A stretch of DNA of 64,000 nt, taken from positions 14,727,615 through 14,791,614 of the forward strand of contig CAVNZM010000002.1 of the NCBI GenBank assembly GCA_963693365.1, read 5' to 3'. The notes under the pieces are model-generated. The model was not told where the DNA came from. It searched no databases and saw only the letters and a list, made by a program, of their open reading frames with translations. Shown piece after piece: positions 59,937 through 64,000 of this stretch. The position numbers and the translations under genes are program-made. Numbering within the stretch: the stretch's first letter is position 1; every line of letters starts with the position of its first letter. The stretch comes from Amoebidium appalachense. Lineage: Eukaryota > Protista > Ichthyosporea.

Positions 59937-61031
59937 CACTGCCGTCATCTTCTTCAAACCCTCCCCCCCTCCCCCCATCTCCCAACCGCCTCCCATTCCC
60001 TTGTTTGTATTTGTGCCTCTTCTGCCTCCTCCCCAGCTTTCTTAAGCTGCTTTTATGTTCCTCCCTCTACCTGTTTTCCCCCGGTCCTCTTGTGCCCCCC
60101 CCCCCCCCCCCCCCCCCCCTCCCCCCCCCCCCCTCCCCCCCCTAAGCACATACGCATTTTTCGCTGCACTGCATTAGTTTGCACACACATATTCGCCGTT
60201 TTGCTCACCTTGCTTGCATAAGCAACCCTGCTCGTCTTTGATCAAGACGGGTTGACCCTCCCAAGTTCAGTTGATACTGCTGTTTGAGTTGGAGAGTCGT
60301 ATATACGCGGGCTAAGGGGTCGAAACTCAGACGCAATATGATGACTTGGGCCCTCCCTGAGGATGGGCTCTGCTTATGACGCATACTGCGCGCATGGCTA
60401 TGTTGCGTAGTACTTGAATATTTGCCTTTGCATGTGTCCTTCGTGTATGCGTACTTCGTACCGTGTTCCGCATTCAAACCCCCCCAGTCTTCTTTCAGAG
60501 GTGTCCTTTCAGGACAGACCACTGTGTGGAGACCGCTTTACTTCCATGCAACCGGGCATGGTTGCTCTGTGTCGTGCATCTGTAAGCACGTACGCATTTT
60601 TCGCTGCACTGCATTAGTTTGCACACACATATTCACCGTTTTGCTCACCTCGCTTGCATAAGCAACCCTGCTCGTCTTTGATCAAGACGGGTTGACCCTC
60701 CCAAGTTCAGTTGATGTTGCTGTCTGAGTTGGAGAGTCATATATACGCGGGCTAAGGGGTCGAAACTCAGACGCAATTGATGACTTGGGCCCTCCCTGAG
60801 GATGGGTTCTGCTTATGACGCATACTGCGCGCATGGCTATGTTGCATACTTGAACGTTTGCCTTTGCATGTGTCCTTCGTGTACGCGTACTTCGTACCGT
60901 GTTCCGCATTCAAACCCCCCTCCCCCGGCCCTTTTCTCCCAACACACCGACCGAATCCCCCCCCCCCCCCCTCCCCCCTGACTCATTCACTGCTTCCCCT
61001 CTTCTCCCCTCCCCCTCACCCCCCCCCCCTC

Positions 61032-61062
<31 letters not shown>

Positions 61063-62972
61063 AAAAAAATAAAAAAAAACAAAAAAAAAACAAAAAAAAA
61101 CACGTGGACCCTTGTATGTCGTCATTTTTGCGCCATTGCACGATCATTCCAGGCAGGTGCTGTTTCTCTAAGTATTCGTTGGCCTGATAGGTCACACGAC
61201 GACCATCATACATTCCTGCAAGCATGGAGTGGTGCAGTGAGCGAGATACGCTTTATCCTACCCAGGTTCTACGGAATTCTTAAGCGAGGTGAACGGGCGG
61301 AGCAGACTTTAACCGGAATATTCAAGACTATTCGGTCGTGCGAGAAAGTCGAATGCATGGACGATGCGGCCAACAATATCGGGGTTTTTCTCGTTAAAAA
61401 TGACCGGATTCCGGCGGCGAAAATGTACGGTTCCCTCTTCCGGCTCTTTGGGGAGATGGAGAGGCTGGAGAGGGTTAAATTTCGAAGCGTGAACGATTGG
61501 ATACCGACGGACAATCCGGGTTTAACCCTTTCTGACATGGGTTGTAAACAGCTACGCTACATGCGTATCGAAGGCAAATTCGTCCGGTGCGACATTACCG
61601 ATATGATATCGTCCCTCAAACACTTGGCCCCTGCGTTGAAGAAACTGATTTTTTTTCCGGATACACAACGGTTATTCCCCGGTGAGCAACTCAGTGATCG
61701 ATTTAAGCGCGCTAGACACGCAAACGGCCCTGGAATTCTTGGAGATAGTAGGGGCAAAAACCCAACACATCAGAAATCTTCCTCCCCTTTTCGCACTCAA
61801 CAAAATAGAACTCAACGCCGGATCAATCGATCTCGCGATATTGGCGTCGTGCACGGCACTCGCCGACGTGTGCATCGTAGCCAAAAACAAAGGGCCGGGC
61901 CATCTAAACGAAACGTTTTCATTCCCTCACCTACATCATCTTCGGGCGCTATCGATAACAATTAACCCGGAGCACAAAACACAGCTCAAAACCCACCTTA
62001 TCGATTTGAGCGCACTCGAAGGGTTAACCGGTCTTACTAGACTTGTGGCATGCATTGAGCGATCGCCGCACACTAGGCGTGCTCCCGATTTTACTCTTCC
62101 ACCCCTCCCCACGCTACGGTATGTCGAAATCACAGCCCACGCGATGGATGTGGAATCCCTTTCCACATGCGTCCAATTGACCCACGTCAACATCGAGTGG
62201 CTCTACGAACCGCAAACACTTTGCCCAAACATCCAATCAGACAGATTGACCTATTTGGGATTCATGTATGAACTAGGTTCCGGTGGCGGCCGACGTCGGG
62301 ATTTGGGGCACACGTTCCCTGCGGAATCCTTTTCCATGTTCCTTTCGTCGTTGCGCTCGCTCAATATCCGGGGGGTTGGTATGGATCTACCAAACACGGG
62401 GACTGTTATTGGTGGAATGAGTTTCCTTACCAATATCAATTTGATAGATTCGCATTTTGGCTGGCGCGAGGCGCCCAAAGGCCGTGGGTTTATCCTGGGC
62501 GACGTTGATTTAAGCGGTCTCAATTGTTTGGAGGAGATATGTGTCGCGAGGGAGCCCTATGTATCGCAACTGGCGCTTCCTATGCACGGTGTTGAAAAAC
62601 GTAAAAGTGTACGAATGCCCGGTTTTGCGAATCGCACAAGTTCCCGCCAGCGTTACATATGTGGAAATAGTGAAATGCCCCTTGGTGAAAAACACGGCGC
62701 TTGCTGGGTGTGTTGCCTTGGAAGGAATCCGCGTGGAATGTTTGGAATCGGGCGGGAGAGATAATGGATGGGCCGACGTTTTACCTCTTGTTGGGCTTCC
62801 GGCTCTCGCCACGGTTGACATTCTTGGATGGCCAAATTCGGATTCCCGGCCTCTCCTGGCATGCCCAAATTTGGAAGGTGTGGATGGCGATGAGAAAAAT
62901 AGAACTCTGGTTAAGGTGCAGATGCTCTGGCGGCCCACTGGTCCAATAATTGAGGTAAGATTGAATACATAA
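59688..62972 (+). CDS. Leucine-rich-repeat-like protein (two apparent frameshifts; intact gene or pseudogene)
   Basis: Overlapping ORFs 61237-61965, 61682-62764 and 62541-62972 read as one LRR-like chain (LPPLFALNKIEL, FPHLHHLRALSI, LEGLTGLTRLVA, LPPLPTLRYVEI, LSSLRSLNI, LSGLNCLEEI, LVGLPALATVDI). Shifts fall at the T run 61649-61656 and near 62580. Putative first exon 59688-59751 splices in phase to 61238. Possible alternative end via donor 62955 to acceptor 63630. Confidence 0.6.
60143..60478. repeat. Family S structured repeat, left-truncated copy
   Basis: Matches 9212-9544. Confidence 0.85.
60537..60914. repeat. Family S structured repeat, full copy, tandem to the previous one
   Basis: Matches 9166-9544. 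Confidence 0.85.
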
Positions 62973-63182
62973 TAATATCTTGGCTCTATCTGAATCACTA
63001 TATTAGTTTGGTTTATTTTTGGTGTCCGTTATAATTGCAGAAGGTGGGAGTGAAAATATTTCCATACGATAACAGATGCCCTAACTTAATGAATGGATTA
63101 CTAGTACTGATTGCATGACATAGTGACTGGGGTATAGTTTCTGTTTGCCCCCACCTCAGGCTCAAAAAGGGGAAGGAAGGAA

Positions 63183-63215
<33 letters not shown>

Positions 63216-63347
63216 CTATTACAACATCCTTACCTGGTACGTGAAATTTTTTCCTTTTCCTTTTCCCCCTTTTTTCCGTTTTTTTATTATCCCTTATTTC
63301 TTTTTTTTCTCTCTTTTTTTTTTCTTTGCGGTGATGGTGGTGGTGTG

Positions 63348-63460
<113 letters not shown>

Positions 63461-63513
63461 TTTTTGTTTTTTGTTTTTTTTTTGGGGGGGGGGGGGGGGG
63501 GGAGGTGTTTGTG

Positions 63514-63599
<86 letters not shown>

Positions 63600-63720
63600 G
63601 TGGAGGATGTGCTAACACTTTTGCCCTCAGGTGTAGGCAGAGGTCTCGGGGCCCCCTTTTTCAGCTCAGCGCTTCGGCCATGTGTTGGATCTCTTGGGCT
63701 TTCGTGTTTTTTTTTTTTTT

Positions 63721-63774
<54 letters not shown>

Positions 63775-64000
63775 TGATGTTTTGGTTTTTGGTTTTGGTG
63801 GTTGTCGCACATGTACACTTAGTCTAGTAGTTCATACGTGCACATGTACAGCTGCAATTGTTTTACTTTTAGTTCCACCCTTGGCCCCGCAGTTGTATTA
63901 CCATCAGCAGCTGTTGAATTTGTGCATACATATGGCAGTTGTTCACACATGTATGGTAGCCCCTCTGTGTTTAATACAGTTGTGTTTTATTGATGTACAC

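Overview
Eukaryotic nuclear DNA, probably from a unicellular opisthokont/holozoan (inference from the PKC and XYLB sequences and the intron-rich genes). Introns are packed with G/C homopolymer runs and (CA)n/(CT)n microsatellites. I reconstructed seven host genes by hand from splice sites. Minus strand: the N-terminus of a protein kinase C (apparently running off the left edge), a TraB-domain protein, a 3-exon MDR-family oxidoreductase and an Mpv17/PMP22 gene. Plus strand: an 18-exon xylulose kinase, an intronless amino-acid transporter and an LRR-like gene with frameshifts. There is also a CGGBP1/hAT-type zinc-finger ORF. The block at about 22-39 kb is accessory. It holds a full-length Ty1/copia element (765-bp LTRs, GGAAG target duplication, half-tRNA-iMet primer site, Gag starting inside the LTR, two extra CHHC motifs), a solo LTR of the same family, a decayed repeat-protein gene, a diverged copy of the XYLB 3' end and satellites. 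Several small TIR, foldback or hairpin elements are dispersed through the window. The most striking unexplained pattern is splice-site architecture: many 5' splice sites, especially weak or GC donors, are followed within about 5-25 nt by a sense-strand poly-C run, and (CA)n often sits just before acceptors. Most ORFs in the supplied track are microsatellite artefacts. All family assignments come from motifs recognised by eye; no database searches were run.
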